DNA from: Promethearchaeota archaeon
GTDB taxonomy: Archaea; Asgardarchaeota; Lokiarchaeia; Sigyniarchaeales; SOKP01
Reading direction: 5' to 3'
Assembly (NCBI GenBank): GCA_016839745.1
Contig: JAEOTS010000069.1
Span: forward strand, 1-44,849
Length of the DNA: 44,849 nucleotides
Under the pieces are notes generated by a model. It saw nothing but the letters and a program-made list of their open reading frames with translations. It was not told the DNA's origin and ran no database searches. The position numbers and the translations under genes were made by a program. Position 1 is the first letter of the stretch; each line of letters opens with the position of its first letter. Below, one piece after another: positions 9,117-18,706 of the stretch.

Positions 9117-10700
9117 ATGTATAAAGAAAGCTCAATTATCAAAGATTGGAGAAATGTTGACTTAACTTTTGGTCTAATATATCCAAATCACTATAACTTG
9201 GGAATGTCTTCTTATTCAATTAGATTGCTTTATCACATAATCAATTCAAAAGAAAAATATGTATGTGAACGTATTTGCCTTCCTGAAAATATAAAATTTC
9301 CAGCATCTAAAGATTTTTCTTCCATTAACCATCTTCGAAGTATTGAAAATAAAATTTTACCTAAAGATTTTGATATATTAGGATTCTCTGCTCACTATGA
9401 AAATGATTTTAAGAATATTCTTTGGATTTTAGAGAAAGCAGAAATTCCCTTAGAAACCGAGAAACGACATGGAGAATTTTCTCGCGGCTCAGATGAGTAC
9501 CCCCTAATAATTGGTGGTGGACCTGCTATAACTTCTAATCCATTACCGTTAAGTAGTATTTTTGATCTTTTTTTTATTGGAGACGCTGAGCCAAATTTAA
9601 ATAACTTCCTAGGTGTTTATTTAAAAAATAAATCAAATAATAATAGTTTTGAAACACTTCTTGATAAGATAAAGAATATTGAAGGGATTTATATACCGAT
9701 TCTTAATAATAAAACAAAACGTGTAATATTAAAAGATTTAGATAAGTCACCTACACCCGCGTATCAATTACTATCTAAACGTGAGAGTGATAAAAAAATT
9801 TTTGAAGAAAATTATTTCATTGAGGTTAATAGAGGCTGTCCTTATCAATGTAAATTTTGTATATCTTCTTTTCATAATTCTCCTTTTCGAAACAAGAGCT
9901 ACAACGAGATAATTAAAGCAATTGAAGCAGGTATGGAATATTCGGATTTCGAAAAAATTAGTCTTATAGGATCATGCGTATCTTCGCATCCCAAATTTTC
10001 TGAAATCTGTGAATTTATTCTCGATGTAGGTAAAACATTTAGTATCCCTTCCATAAGGATTGAACATATCACGCCTAAAATTATTCAACTTCTGGAAAGA
10101 AGTGGTGTGAAGACAATAACGATAGCTCCTGAAACTGGAACAGAATCGTTAAGATTTGATTTAGGAAAAAAAATTACCAACGATAAGATCTTAGAAACCT
10201 TGAGCTTAATAAAAGCATCTAAAATAAAAAACGCGAAGTTTTACTTTCTTATAGGTTTACCCAACGAAACTGATGAGGACATCGAAGAAATTATAAAATT
10301 ATTTCGATCAATTGAAAAAATTGGATTCAAGGAGAACACACTAAGAGTTAACGTAAATCCTTTTATCCCTAAGCTTAATACGCCATATGAGTTTCAATGC
10401 TATTTTTATTTAACAGGAAACCTCAGTAACTTCAGATTGAAATTTACTACTTTAAAACGAGAGTTAAATAAGATTTCCTCAATTAAAATTAAATTTAAAG
10501 ATCCAAAAAAGATCATTAATAACGCGAGATTACAAACTCTATTTTCCTTAGGAGATCGAAACGTATCAAACTTACTTTTAGCGTATTATTTTAACGGTGC
10601 TAACATGGGTGCATTAAGAAGGGCTGAAAAGGACTTAGATTTCTCGATTGATAATTACTTCAATAAAATCCAAGATGGCTATAAACCTTGGAATTTTTAG
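9117..10700 (+). CDS. Radical SAM protein with N-terminal B12-binding-like region
   Basis: RGCPYQCKFC CxxxCxxC motif; YPNHYNLGMS N-terminal motif; IAPETG; YFLIGLP. Confidence 0.9.
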   Translation: MYKESSIIKDWRNVDLTFGLIYPNHYNLGMSSYSIRLLYHIINSKEKYVCERICLPENIKFPASKDFSSINHLRSIENKILPKDFDILGFSAHYENDFKNILWILEKAEIPLETEKRHGEFSRGSDEYPLIIGGGPAITSNPLPLSSIFDLFFIGDAEPNLNNFLGVYLKNKSNNNSFETLLDKIKNIEGIYIPILNNKTKRVILKDLDKSPTPAYQLLSKRESDKKIFEENYFIEVNRGCPYQCKFCISSFHNSPFRNKSYNEIIKAIEAGMEYSDFEKISLIGSCVSSHPKFSEICEFILDVGKTFSIPSIRIEHITPKIIQLLERSGVKTITIAPETGTESLRFDLGKKITNDKILETLSLIKASKIKNAKFYFLIGLPNETDEDIEEIIKLFRSIEKIGFKENTLRVNVNPFIPKLNTPYEFQCYFYLTGNLSNFRLKFTTLKRELNKISSIKIKFKDPKKIINNARLQTLFSLGDRNVSNLLLAYYFNGANMGALRRAEKDLDFSIDNYFNKIQDGYKPWNF

Positions 10701-10728
10701 AACAAATAAAAAAAATGTTGATTAAAAC

Positions 10729-11232
10729 TTAATCAATTTTATTAAATACTTTTTTTGGAGATTTACAAACTGGACATGTTTCTGGAGGTTCTCCTTCGTG
10801 TGTGTATCCACATACAGAACACACATACATAGGTTTTACTTCTAAATCTTTACCGTTTTCAACTAATTCTAAAGCTTTCTTGTAGAGTTCATGGTGTATT
10901 TTTTCCACATCATTAGCGTAGTTAAACGTTCTCTCTGCGTTTTTTTCTCCTTCTGATTTGGCATTGTCAATGAATTCAGGATACATAGTAGTGAATTCGT
11001 AAAATTCACCTTCAATCGCTTCTTTTAGATTTTCTGCTGTCGTCTTAATTCCTCCTAAGACGCGTAAATGATTGTGTGCATGCACAGTTTCGGCAGCAGC
11101 AGCGGCATGGAATAGCCGTGCCACACCAGGATAACCTTCTTGTTCTGCTTTTTTTGCGAAAGCTAAATACTTTCTATTAGCTTGAGATTCGCCAGCAAAA
11201 GCTTCTTTTAATCCATCTTCTGATTTTGTCAT
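10729..11232 (-). CDS. rbr: Rubrerythrin
   Basis: EAFAGESQA and ETVHA di-iron motifs plus C-terminal CSVCG...CPVC rubredoxin domain. ATG at 11232 preferred. Confidence 0.95.
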   Translation of the reverse strand: MTKSEDGLKEAFAGESQANRKYLAFAKKAEQEGYPGVARLFHAAAAAETVHAHNHLRVLGGIKTTAENLKEAIEGEFYEFTTMYPEFIDNAKSEGEKNAERTFNYANDVEKIHHELYKKALELVENGKDLEVKPMYVCSVCGYTHEGEPPETCPVCKSPKKVFNKID

Positions 11233-11385
11233 AAGTAATTTCACATATTTAGTTTTAGTTTAAATTATGAAAAAAAATATTTTAAGTTGCATTTTATAAT
11301 TTATATAAAAAAAAAGTAAAATCCTAAATTGATTTTGTATCACTAATTATTAAGTTAATTAAGGAGTATTTATTTTTCTATGCTA

Positions 11386-12192
11386 TTATTTGTTGAGTAC
11401 ATCCGTTATCTTCTTGACTGCTTTCTGTAAATAAAACTCAGCCATTCCAAATCTAATTTTGGTATCAAATATTAGAATGAGAATGTAGGCATCCCATATA
11501 TTTTCAGAAAAAATTAACTCATTGTTTTTAGAGGTGTAAAATAACTTAAGAATTGAATTATTGGAAATTTTAACTCTAAAATCAACCTCTTTTAAAAATC
11601 GTTTTAAACTTGTATCGTTAAAAGAGGAAAAGATCACTTTACCTCGATTAGTTAAAAGAATAGATCCATTAAGATCGGCAGATTGTTGGAAATCTTTTAA
11701 ATATTCTGTAATTAGACCTTCTTTTTTTAGGTCAAATTCGCGCGAAAAAGGCTCCCTAATAATATCTTCTATGAGATAATTGAGTTGCTCGTCATAAACA
11801 TATTCTAAATCAGTTTTAATTTTGTTTTTATTTACGTATTCAAGGAATTTTGAGTTAATTTTTGAGATCATTGCTTCTAATAGCTCCAGATTTTCGATTG
11901 TACTGCAAAGAAGGCTATAATATAATGTTCTTTTTTCAAATACTACTAATTTAATTCCACCGCCCATTTCAACAGCTTTAATTTTGTCTCCAATAAGTTC
12001 CTTTGTAAAGGACATTAACGCTGTAAAATAAGAAGATATAAGTTGTTCTTGCTCTATGGGGTAAAGATTTGTGAGATTTAATCCATAAATACAAATTCCT
12101 GATTTATTAAATATGAAGAGATTGTGTATGTTCAGTTTCTCAGGTGTTCTTTTAATCCTTGAGACTACTGCTGAACGATCGGGAATTCCCAT
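11386..12192 (-). CDS. Longin + roadblock/LC7 fusion protein (Asgard type)
   Basis: IHNLFIFNKSGICIY...LISSYFTALMSFTKEL longin signature. C-terminal GSILLTNRGKVIFS...LILIFD...GMAEFYLQKAVKKI fits a roadblock pattern. Confidence 0.75.
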   Translation of the reverse strand: MGIPDRSAVVSRIKRTPEKLNIHNLFIFNKSGICIYGLNLTNLYPIEQEQLISSYFTALMSFTKELIGDKIKAVEMGGGIKLVVFEKRTLYYSLLCSTIENLELLEAMISKINSKFLEYVNKNKIKTDLEYVYDEQLNYLIEDIIREPFSREFDLKKEGLITEYLKDFQQSADLNGSILLTNRGKVIFSSFNDTSLKRFLKEVDFRVKISNNSILKLFYTSKNNELIFSENIWDAYILILIFDTKIRFGMAEFYLQKAVKKITDVLNK

Positions 12193-12288
12193 AATATTTT
12201 GTTAAATTCAAACTATAAAAAGAACAAACTTTTCATTCTTTACTGATTAGCGTTTAAACTACAAAGACTTTCATTGAAATTTCAAATC

Positions 12289-12309
12289 GATAATTAGATC
12301 TTAATTATC
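12289..12309 (-). terminator. Short hairpin immediately after the GHMP kinase stop codon
   Basis: GATAATTA-N5-TAATTATC inverted repeat adjoining the stop at 12310. Confidence 0.3.
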
Positions 12310-13311
12310 CTAAAATGAATAATTTGATACGCCTCTAAAGCATAATTTAAACGGTATGATATTATATCCCTTCTCAACCAATTCCTTTCTAATTTGAAGT
12401 TCATGACCCCTTCCAGCTAGTATTATTGCTGTACCTCCCCCTCCAGCGCCGTTACATTTGAATCCTATAGCACCATTACTTTTTGATATTTTTTCTGCTT
12501 TATTTATAACTGGGTTAACCATTAATGGATGGAGTTTTTTTTGTGCTTCCCAGTTTCTATTCATAACTTTCCCTATATCTACTATATCTGAGTTTATCGC
12601 ATTTTTCATATCATAGGCGCATTCCTTCATGATATCAAACGAATTTAGAGTATCTACATCTCTTTTCTTATAATTTTCTATAACAGCGTTATGCATTTCA
12701 CTTGAACTTCTTGAACTTAGATATACTAATATAAACTGACTTTCTAGTTCGAAAATTCTTTTTTCGTCAATAGTGATTTTGGTTATTTTTACATTTGGGT
12801 AATTAATTTCCATAAAATTAATCCCACCAAACGACGCTGCGTACTGATCTTGCACACCGCTTTCCAACCGTAACTCCTCAATTTCAAGTTTGTGGGCCAA
12901 TATAGCAATCTCGTTTTGATTTAGATGTAATCCCCTATAAGTTGCTAATGCAGAAATTAAAGCAACAGAGATGCTCGCGCTCGTACCTGTTCCACAACCA
13001 GGAGGTGCGTCTGCTCTCACATAAATATCTAAACCGTCTTCAATCTCCATTCTTTTAACTGCTGCTTTTAATAAGTCCAATTTACCATTGTATTTAATTT
13101 CTTTAAAATTGAGAATTTTAACAGTTTTTCCAAGATTTTCAGCAAAAATCCGGATTATACTCTTTCCATTCTCAATAATTCTTATATAACTATAGAGATC
13201 AATGCAAAAATTAAAAATTGCACCTTCAGGATAAAACCAGGTATCAGTCCATCCTCCAATATCACAAATTCTCACAGGTGCTCTTGCTAATATTTCCTTA
13301 AATACGCTCAT
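12310..13311 (-). CDS. GHMP-family sugar kinase (HddA / heptose-7-phosphate kinase-like)
   Basis: RAPVRI..GGWTD, PPGCGTGTSAS, GVQDQYAASFGG and KCNGAGGGG motifs. ATG at 13311 fits the family N-terminus. Confidence 0.88.
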   Translation of the reverse strand: MSVFKEILARAPVRICDIGGWTDTWFYPEGAIFNFCIDLYSYIRIIENGKSIIRIFAENLGKTVKILNFKEIKYNGKLDLLKAAVKRMEIEDGLDIYVRADAPPGCGTGTSASISVALISALATYRGLHLNQNEIAILAHKLEIEELRLESGVQDQYAASFGGINFMEINYPNVKITKITIDEKRIFELESQFILVYLSSRSSSEMHNAVIENYKKRDVDTLNSFDIMKECAYDMKNAINSDIVDIGKVMNRNWEAQKKLHPLMVNPVINKAEKISKSNGAIGFKCNGAGGGGTAIILAGRGHELQIRKELVEKGYNIIPFKLCFRGVSNYSF

Positions 13312-13713
13312 ATCAATGATTTTTAATATTTTGTCAATAATGATTTGTAGTTCCTTACTGTTAAAACTTTCATTTTTTAAGATTCGAAAAATACATGATC
13401 TAATCATAATTTTCCAATTTAAGATCATTAGATGACAACTTAAATTTAGAAGCACTAAAAACCTTATAAAACTCAAACTATGTTGCCTATTTAAAATTTA
13501 AAAGCTTAATATCTTGAATTAGTCAGCATGTACCCAAATTCTAAAGATTGCGATTTGATCCTCTTTATTTTTGAATCTTATCTACCTTTTTTAGATCGGT
13601 AGTAGACGAAGAATATTAACCTTCTATGATGTTTTTTCAACTAGATTTAAATAGCAGTAGGAGAAATATACTTTAAACACAAATTTATTTTTAAAACATA
13701 TTTAAACAATAAA

Positions 13714-13720
13714 AGGAGGA
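13714..13720 (+). promoter_or_regulatory. Shine-Dalgarno sequence of the histone-fold gene
   Basis: AGGAGGA 7 nt before ATG 13728. Confidence 0.8.
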
Positions 13721-13727
13721 ATAAAAA

Positions 13728-13925
13728 ATGGCTAAAAAAGTTGCAGTTGATGTTTTATTCGTAAAATCCAAGGTTCGAGACTATATCAAATCAAAAGATT
13801 GTAACACCAGTGGCGATGTAATCGATGGACCTGCGCTTAATAACGCAATTGTTGGTATCCTCGATAAAGCAATTGGTCGTGCTAAAGCAAATGGACGGAA
13901 GACTGTCCAAGAAAAAGATCTTTAG
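13728..13925 (+). CDS. Histone-fold protein with truncated alpha-3 (face-to-face / bacterial-dimer-like prokaryotic histone)
   Basis: 65 aa, basic. LFVKSKVRDYIK alpha-1, NTSGD loop 1, RAKANGRKTVQEKDL end; strong SD and T-rich terminator. Confidence 0.88.
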   Translation: MAKKVAVDVLFVKSKVRDYIKSKDCNTSGDVIDGPALNNAIVGILDKAIGRAKANGRKTVQEKDL

Positions 13926-13981
13926 ATTAAACTGCAAAACATTGGGATTTTACTCAACTGATAGAAAGGTTTATTTTAATA

Positions 13982-14010
13982 ATTTTTCAATTTATTTTTT
14001 TTTTACTTTT
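13982..14010 (+). terminator. Oligo-T archaeal terminator downstream of the histone gene
   Basis: Long T tracts (TTTATTTTTTTTTTACTTTT). Confidence 0.5.
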
Positions 14011-14220
14011 ACAAAAAAATTAATAATTTCTCACTGTATATTACTTTTTAAATTAGAAGTAGATTAATATACCTAACACACACAATAAACACGACCTATA
14101 GAATAAAAAATTCTTCATAAATCGCCTTATCCTTATTCTTTACTTCGTTGAAAGAAATTTTTTATTCTTTTCTCTTCCTTTTAAAATAAGTATTAGACTT
14201 TAGATTTACTCATCAGGTTA

Positions 14221-14757
14221 TTATTTAAAATCTTTATCAATAATGAAAAATTCAATCGAAATTATACTTTTCAACCTTTGTAGACTTTCTTTAAGTTTTT
14301 TAACTCGATCATAAGGTCCTGAAACCGCAATGATTTCCAAACATTTTTCAAATTCTAGATGTACGTGCATAGTTGATGTTATAATATCATAGAAATGATG
14401 TTGAATATCATTTTTTCGAATTTCGTCTGTTTGCTGAACTGAAGCATATACAGGTCCAGAATCGTATTTGTGATCGTGATGCCCATCGTCGTGATTTATT
14501 TCATGAGAATGTTCATGGGAAGGCTCTTTTTCTTGACTTCCGGTAAAATGTTCATGTAACATAATAATGGGAATACATCCTACAACATTCCCTGAAGAAA
14601 AGGGGATGTTTTCTTCACTTACCATTAAAGAATGCATCGCTTTTCTTATGCTATCTGATCTTGAAATACCCATTTTATTCCTAAATGTCTCAAACTTATC
14701 GTATAAATCTTTTGGAAGAGACACTGTAAAGCGTTTATATTCCTCCATCTTAAACAT
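14221..14757 (-). CDS. nikR: NikR-family nickel-responsive regulator with His-rich insertion
   Basis: Ribbon-helix-helix N-terminus (RFTVSLP...SRSDSIR). Nickel ligands QH, HVH and C(LE) are retained. Confidence 0.88.
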   Translation of the reverse strand: MFKMEEYKRFTVSLPKDLYDKFETFRNKMGISRSDSIRKAMHSLMVSEENIPFSSGNVVGCIPIIMLHEHFTGSQEKEPSHEHSHEINHDDGHHDHKYDSGPVYASVQQTDEIRKNDIQHHFYDIITSTMHVHLEFEKCLEIIAVSGPYDRVKKLKESLQRLKSIISIEFFIIDKDFK

Positions 14758-14788
14758 CTTAAGTTCCTTTAAAAAAAATTACAACAAA

Positions 14789-15523
14789 TTATTTTTTAAT
14801 TAAGATAGCTATGGGTACACTTGCTTCCCTCCATTGGGCTATCTTACCAGAGTATTCTAAATTTAACTTCACTCTTCCGTGATCTCCTAATATTATCATT
14901 AAAGAATTATTTCTAAGTTGTTTGTAATTACCTAAAATCCATTTATCAGTACGTAATATTAACTTTTCAATTAAATCTTCAGGTGTTCTCTGCTTAAGTG
15001 CTTGTTGTTGTTTGTGCAAATTTTCAAAATCCAAATAATGCATCCAAGAAAGCTCATAATTATTTATAACCTTCGCAGATTCCACCCAAGTGGCCATATC
15101 CGTCTCTTTTGGGACTGAATGAGTTCCTCCATCATATCTGTCTAAATCTTTCTTTCTCCCTACAAAACAAGATTTCTTCCCGTGCTCATTCAAATATCTT
15201 AGTAAATGAAAACCATTAGGTTCAAAATCAAATCCACCATACATAATTTGATGCAAAACTCCTAAAGTATAAGGATTCTTAGTTGAAAGGAGTAGCATTG
15301 CTTGAGAATTAGTAATCATGAATTGAGGTTTATGATATGTAAGTTCGAATAAGCCAAAATTATCTATAGCATTTACAGAAATTCTCTCAATACCTTGATA
15401 CATATCAACAATCGATTGGACGGGTTCTGGAATGTTTCCAGAAGGGGATTCAATCCCTAAGAGCTTAATAATAGTTGCGGGTAATTGATTTAAATAGCAT
15501 TTTAAAGTTTGAAGTTCACTCAT
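14789..15523 (-). CDS. Alkaline-phosphatase-superfamily protein (nucleotide pyrophosphatase/PglZ-like, compact)
   Basis: LPATIIKLLG, VNAIDNFG, HYLDFENLH and IILGDHG motifs. Confidence 0.65.
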   Translation of the reverse strand: MSELQTLKCYLNQLPATIIKLLGIESPSGNIPEPVQSIVDMYQGIERISVNAIDNFGLFELTYHKPQFMITNSQAMLLLSTKNPYTLGVLHQIMYGGFDFEPNGFHLLRYLNEHGKKSCFVGRKKDLDRYDGGTHSVPKETDMATWVESAKVINNYELSWMHYLDFENLHKQQQALKQRTPEDLIEKLILRTDKWILGNYKQLRNNSLMIILGDHGRVKLNLEYSGKIAQWREASVPIAILIKK

Positions 15524-15690
15524 AGTTATTTAGTAAAAATATATTCTTATATTTATAATTATTAAATTGAAATTGCTTACAATTTATTATAATTATAATA
15601 TAATTACGATTTATTATTTTTAGTATTGTTAATTTATTTATAATATTAGGTATAAATTTACCTATTTCTAGATATGTGAGAAAAATTGAC

Positions 15691-16977
15691 ATGAAATCTT
15701 TATATATTGACGCAACAAACTCAGGGCTCTCTGGGGACATGTTTTTGGCATCTTTATTGGGATTAAATGATGATTCAAATAAAATTCTTTCAGATTTAAA
15801 AGAATTGAAGGATTATTTAAAAGGGGTCTCTGAGCTAGACCTTGAATTATTAAAAGTTAAAAGAATGGGAGTAGAAGTTTATCGCCTTAAACTTTTGATA
15901 AAAGAATCCAAAAACCATAGAACTCCGGATGAACTTACTAATGCTTTGGAGCGATATCTTGAAGATAAGCAATACTCCAAATCAGCAAAAGAATTCGCCA
16001 GAAATGTCTTAAATACTCTATTCAAAGCAGAAGCGGAGGTTCATGGGGATATAGTTGAAAAAATTCATCTACACGAATTAAGCTCTGTTGACACATTAAT
16101 TGATATTTTAGGAGTTACCAAAGCACTTGATAATTTAGGAGGATTTACTGGAGATTTTACATATTATTGTAGTGAGATACCGTTAGGAGGAGGGAATATA
16201 AAAACTGCGCACGGAATTTTACCAGTACCAGCTCCAGCTACTATAAAAATTTTCGAACGATCTAAATTAGTCGTTATGGGAGGACCTATTGAAAGCGAAC
16301 TAGTAACTCCAACTGGTGCAGCACTTTTGGTTAATCTAAATCCTAAATTTACTAAGTATTCAAACCAAATGAAAATATTAAGCGTATCTAGTAGCACAGG
16401 GCAAAAAGAGTTTAAGGATTTATCAAACATTTTAAGAATATTTTACGGCGAATTAGTAGAAAAGGTTAATAATCAGACTCTACTTCCATTGAGAGATTAT
16501 ATTGAAGAAGTAGTTGTATTAGAAACCGCTGTTGATGATGTCTCAGGAGAAATCTTAGGAAACTTCGTTCAAATTTTAGAAGACGAAGATATTCTTGACA
16601 TTCAAATTATACCAAGCATAACAAAAAAAAATCGACCCGGTCACATCATTAAAATCTTATGCGATCCAAAATATAGTTTCGATTTAATCCATAAAACTCT
16701 ACTTGAGTTAGGAACGCTAGGGGTTAGATTTTACACAAATAAACGAGTCTGTATTGACCGAAAATTTGAGAAGACCACTATTAAAATAAACAACGATAAA
16801 TACGAGCTAAATCTTAAAATTTCTTACATTCAGTTGCATGACAGTATTAAAATAATTAATGTTAAGCCTGAATTTGAAGATCTTAGAAGAATAAGTAAGC
16901 AAACTAACTTGACCATTAAAGAGATCCTAACTTATTGCCAATCTGAAGTTGAAAAACACTTTAGAAACAACAATTAA
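15691..16977 (+). CDS. larC: Nickel pincer cofactor biosynthesis protein LarC (nickel insertase)
   Basis: SGLSGDMFL, AEAEVHG, IHLHEL, AHGILPVPAPAT, ELVTPTGAA, ETAVDD, KKNRPG, TLGVR and KPEFED motifs. Confidence 0.95.
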   Translation: MKSLYIDATNSGLSGDMFLASLLGLNDDSNKILSDLKELKDYLKGVSELDLELLKVKRMGVEVYRLKLLIKESKNHRTPDELTNALERYLEDKQYSKSAKEFARNVLNTLFKAEAEVHGDIVEKIHLHELSSVDTLIDILGVTKALDNLGGFTGDFTYYCSEIPLGGGNIKTAHGILPVPAPATIKIFERSKLVVMGGPIESELVTPTGAALLVNLNPKFTKYSNQMKILSVSSSTGQKEFKDLSNILRIFYGELVEKVNNQTLLPLRDYIEEVVVLETAVDDVSGEILGNFVQILEDEDILDIQIIPSITKKNRPGHIIKILCDPKYSFDLIHKTLLELGTLGVRFYTNKRVCIDRKFEKTTIKINNDKYELNLKISYIQLHDSIKIINVKPEFEDLRRISKQTNLTIKEILTYCQSEVEKHFRNNN

Positions 16978-17049
16978 GTTAGTATGATGTAAAATAAAAG
17001 AGTAAAAAAAAAGATATTTTTTTAATTAAATGGCTATAGTCGATTTGTT

Positions 17050-17583
17050 TTAATAGTTATCAACATGAAACTTATTCATAATGTATTCGTCTTCAACAAT
17101 TTCTTTAGAAAAAGCTTTTAATCGGTCAATTTCCTTGATAACATCCTTTTCTTTTCTTAGTTTCCCCATTTCATGGAAAACCTCAGCAGCTTCGGTAAAC
17201 ATTAGAATGCACTCATCGTAATTTCCAGATATTTCAAGATCTTCGGCTAAAAAGACTAAGCTCTCAGCAATATCTAGCTTCTTTCCAATCTTCTTCTGAA
17301 TTTTTAATGCTTGATATGAGAATTTTAATCCTTCAACATGATTCCTTAGTTTTGAATGAGTTCTTCCTAAACTTCGTAAAACCATTGCTTCTTCGTTTTT
17401 AAGATTATTATCCCTACAATATTGTGAAAGATTGTTAAGGAACTGCAGTAACTCTGTCTTGTTAAGTTCCTTTGCTTGATCAAAATGTTCCAGTACTTTA
17501 TCGAAACTCTCTAGGGCATTAAGAACATCGCCATTTTTAAAAAATTCTTTTGACTTTTTAAAATTTTCAACTGTTGTGACCAT
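17050..17583 (-). CDS. Tetratricopeptide-repeat protein
   Basis: Repeated helical TPR pattern (EAMVLRSLGRTH..., IAESLVFLA...GNYDECILMFTEAAEVF). Confidence 0.75.
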   Translation of the reverse strand: MVTTVENFKKSKEFFKNGDVLNALESFDKVLEHFDQAKELNKTELLQFLNNLSQYCRDNNLKNEEAMVLRSLGRTHSKLRNHVEGLKFSYQALKIQKKIGKKLDIAESLVFLAEDLEISGNYDECILMFTEAAEVFHEMGKLRKEKDVIKEIDRLKAFSKEIVEDEYIMNKFHVDNY

Positions 17584-17880
17584 TGGTCTCAACTATATAG
17601 GATTTGTTTTTTTTTTAGATTTTAAAGAATTAGTAATTTCAATAATAATTATATTGATCTATCTATTTATACTTTTACATACGAAGAAAAAGGTGTAATA
17701 ATATTAAAAAATGCCTTAGTTTTTAATATTCTCTATTTGGGTTAATTAATGGATTACTCCGATTTTATACTTAGCGTAGAATAATTCAAATATAGATTTA
17801 CTATAAAAAAAAACATTAAATAAATAGAATTTCTTCGTTATGAATAATATAAAAAATAAAAAAAAAGAATTTTTTATAAA

Positions 17881-18543
17881 TTAAAATATACCTAGTGGCA
17901 TAAGTATGGGTCCAAAAATGCAAAGAAGACCAATTCCAATGGCGTAAATTATGATTACGACTTTAATTTTATCTTTTTTTTCTGGGAGGTCGTAAACATA
18001 AAAAGTTCCCACAAAGAAGTGAAAGTATCCTATGAGGAATATCAATATTGGATTGTACCAATTCCAAAACACATATTCCCATATTAAATAATTGCCAATG
18101 TTCAATAGAATTTCTACAAAGACAGAAAATAGTGTAAAGCCGATTGCCATTGCCCATCTATTAGGTAATCCAAACATCTTTTTATTTTTATCTTCAGGAA
18201 GGAATTTGGTAAAAACTATTCCAGCTATAGAAAACATAAAAGCAATTTCTATATTCCAGCCAATTAGGATTATATAAGCACTTGCTCCCGGCGTAGTCCA
18301 AAACGCTGAATAATTAGTAAAGGCAAAGACTAATCCGTTCCATATCTCATTAATAAGATCCAACCCTAATAATGTTAATCCAGCGAATACTGTGCTCCAA
18401 TTGTTAGTCTCTCTTGCTTTTTTGATCTCAACACCGTATATATATAAAACTATAACTAGAAGTGTTACAACATACCATCCTGTTACAGGATTTAATTGTC
18501 TCAAATTCAATAATGCTTCTTGAGAAGCTGGTGTAGGTGTCAT
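17881..18543 (-). CDS. Multi-pass membrane protein of unknown function
   Basis: About 6 TM helices with polar intramembrane motifs DLINEIWNG and GWNIEI. Confidence 0.8.
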   Translation of the reverse strand: MTPTPASQEALLNLRQLNPVTGWYVVTLLVIVLYIYGVEIKKARETNNWSTVFAGLTLLGLDLINEIWNGLVFAFTNYSAFWTTPGASAYIILIGWNIEIAFMFSIAGIVFTKFLPEDKNKKMFGLPNRWAMAIGFTLFSVFVEILLNIGNYLIWEYVFWNWYNPILIFLIGYFHFFVGTFYVYDLPEKKDKIKVVIIIYAIGIGLLCIFGPILMPLGIF

Positions 18544-18706
18544 AACATACACTTATTTTTTAATTTTAAATTAATTTATAATTATGCAAAATCTTGGTTT
18601 TACTTATATAAATAACTTTCTCATTACAAACTAAACATCTTATATCACTCGAATATAAAACTGTAAGATAAATTGAAAGCAAAAAATTCAATTTTAAAAA
18701 GAGAAT

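Noticed and set aside
13312-13476. 55-codon N-terminal extension of the GHMP kinase in the ORF track
   Set aside because: The family N-terminus begins at ATG 13311, and the extension reads like translated AT-rich intergenic DNA.
8280-13925. Sirtuin plus histone as a chromatin-modification module
   Set aside because: They are separated by four unrelated genes in mixed orientation, and the histone has almost no tail.
13926-13980. Eukaryote-like histone mRNA 3' stem-loop
   Set aside because: No match to the 6-bp stem / 4-nt loop consensus.
15585-15600. Perfect palindrome TATTATAATTATAATA upstream of larC as a NikR operator
   Set aside because: It is pure A/T in an extremely AT-rich spacer and lacks the spaced half-site layout of known NikR operators, so it cannot be supported without data.
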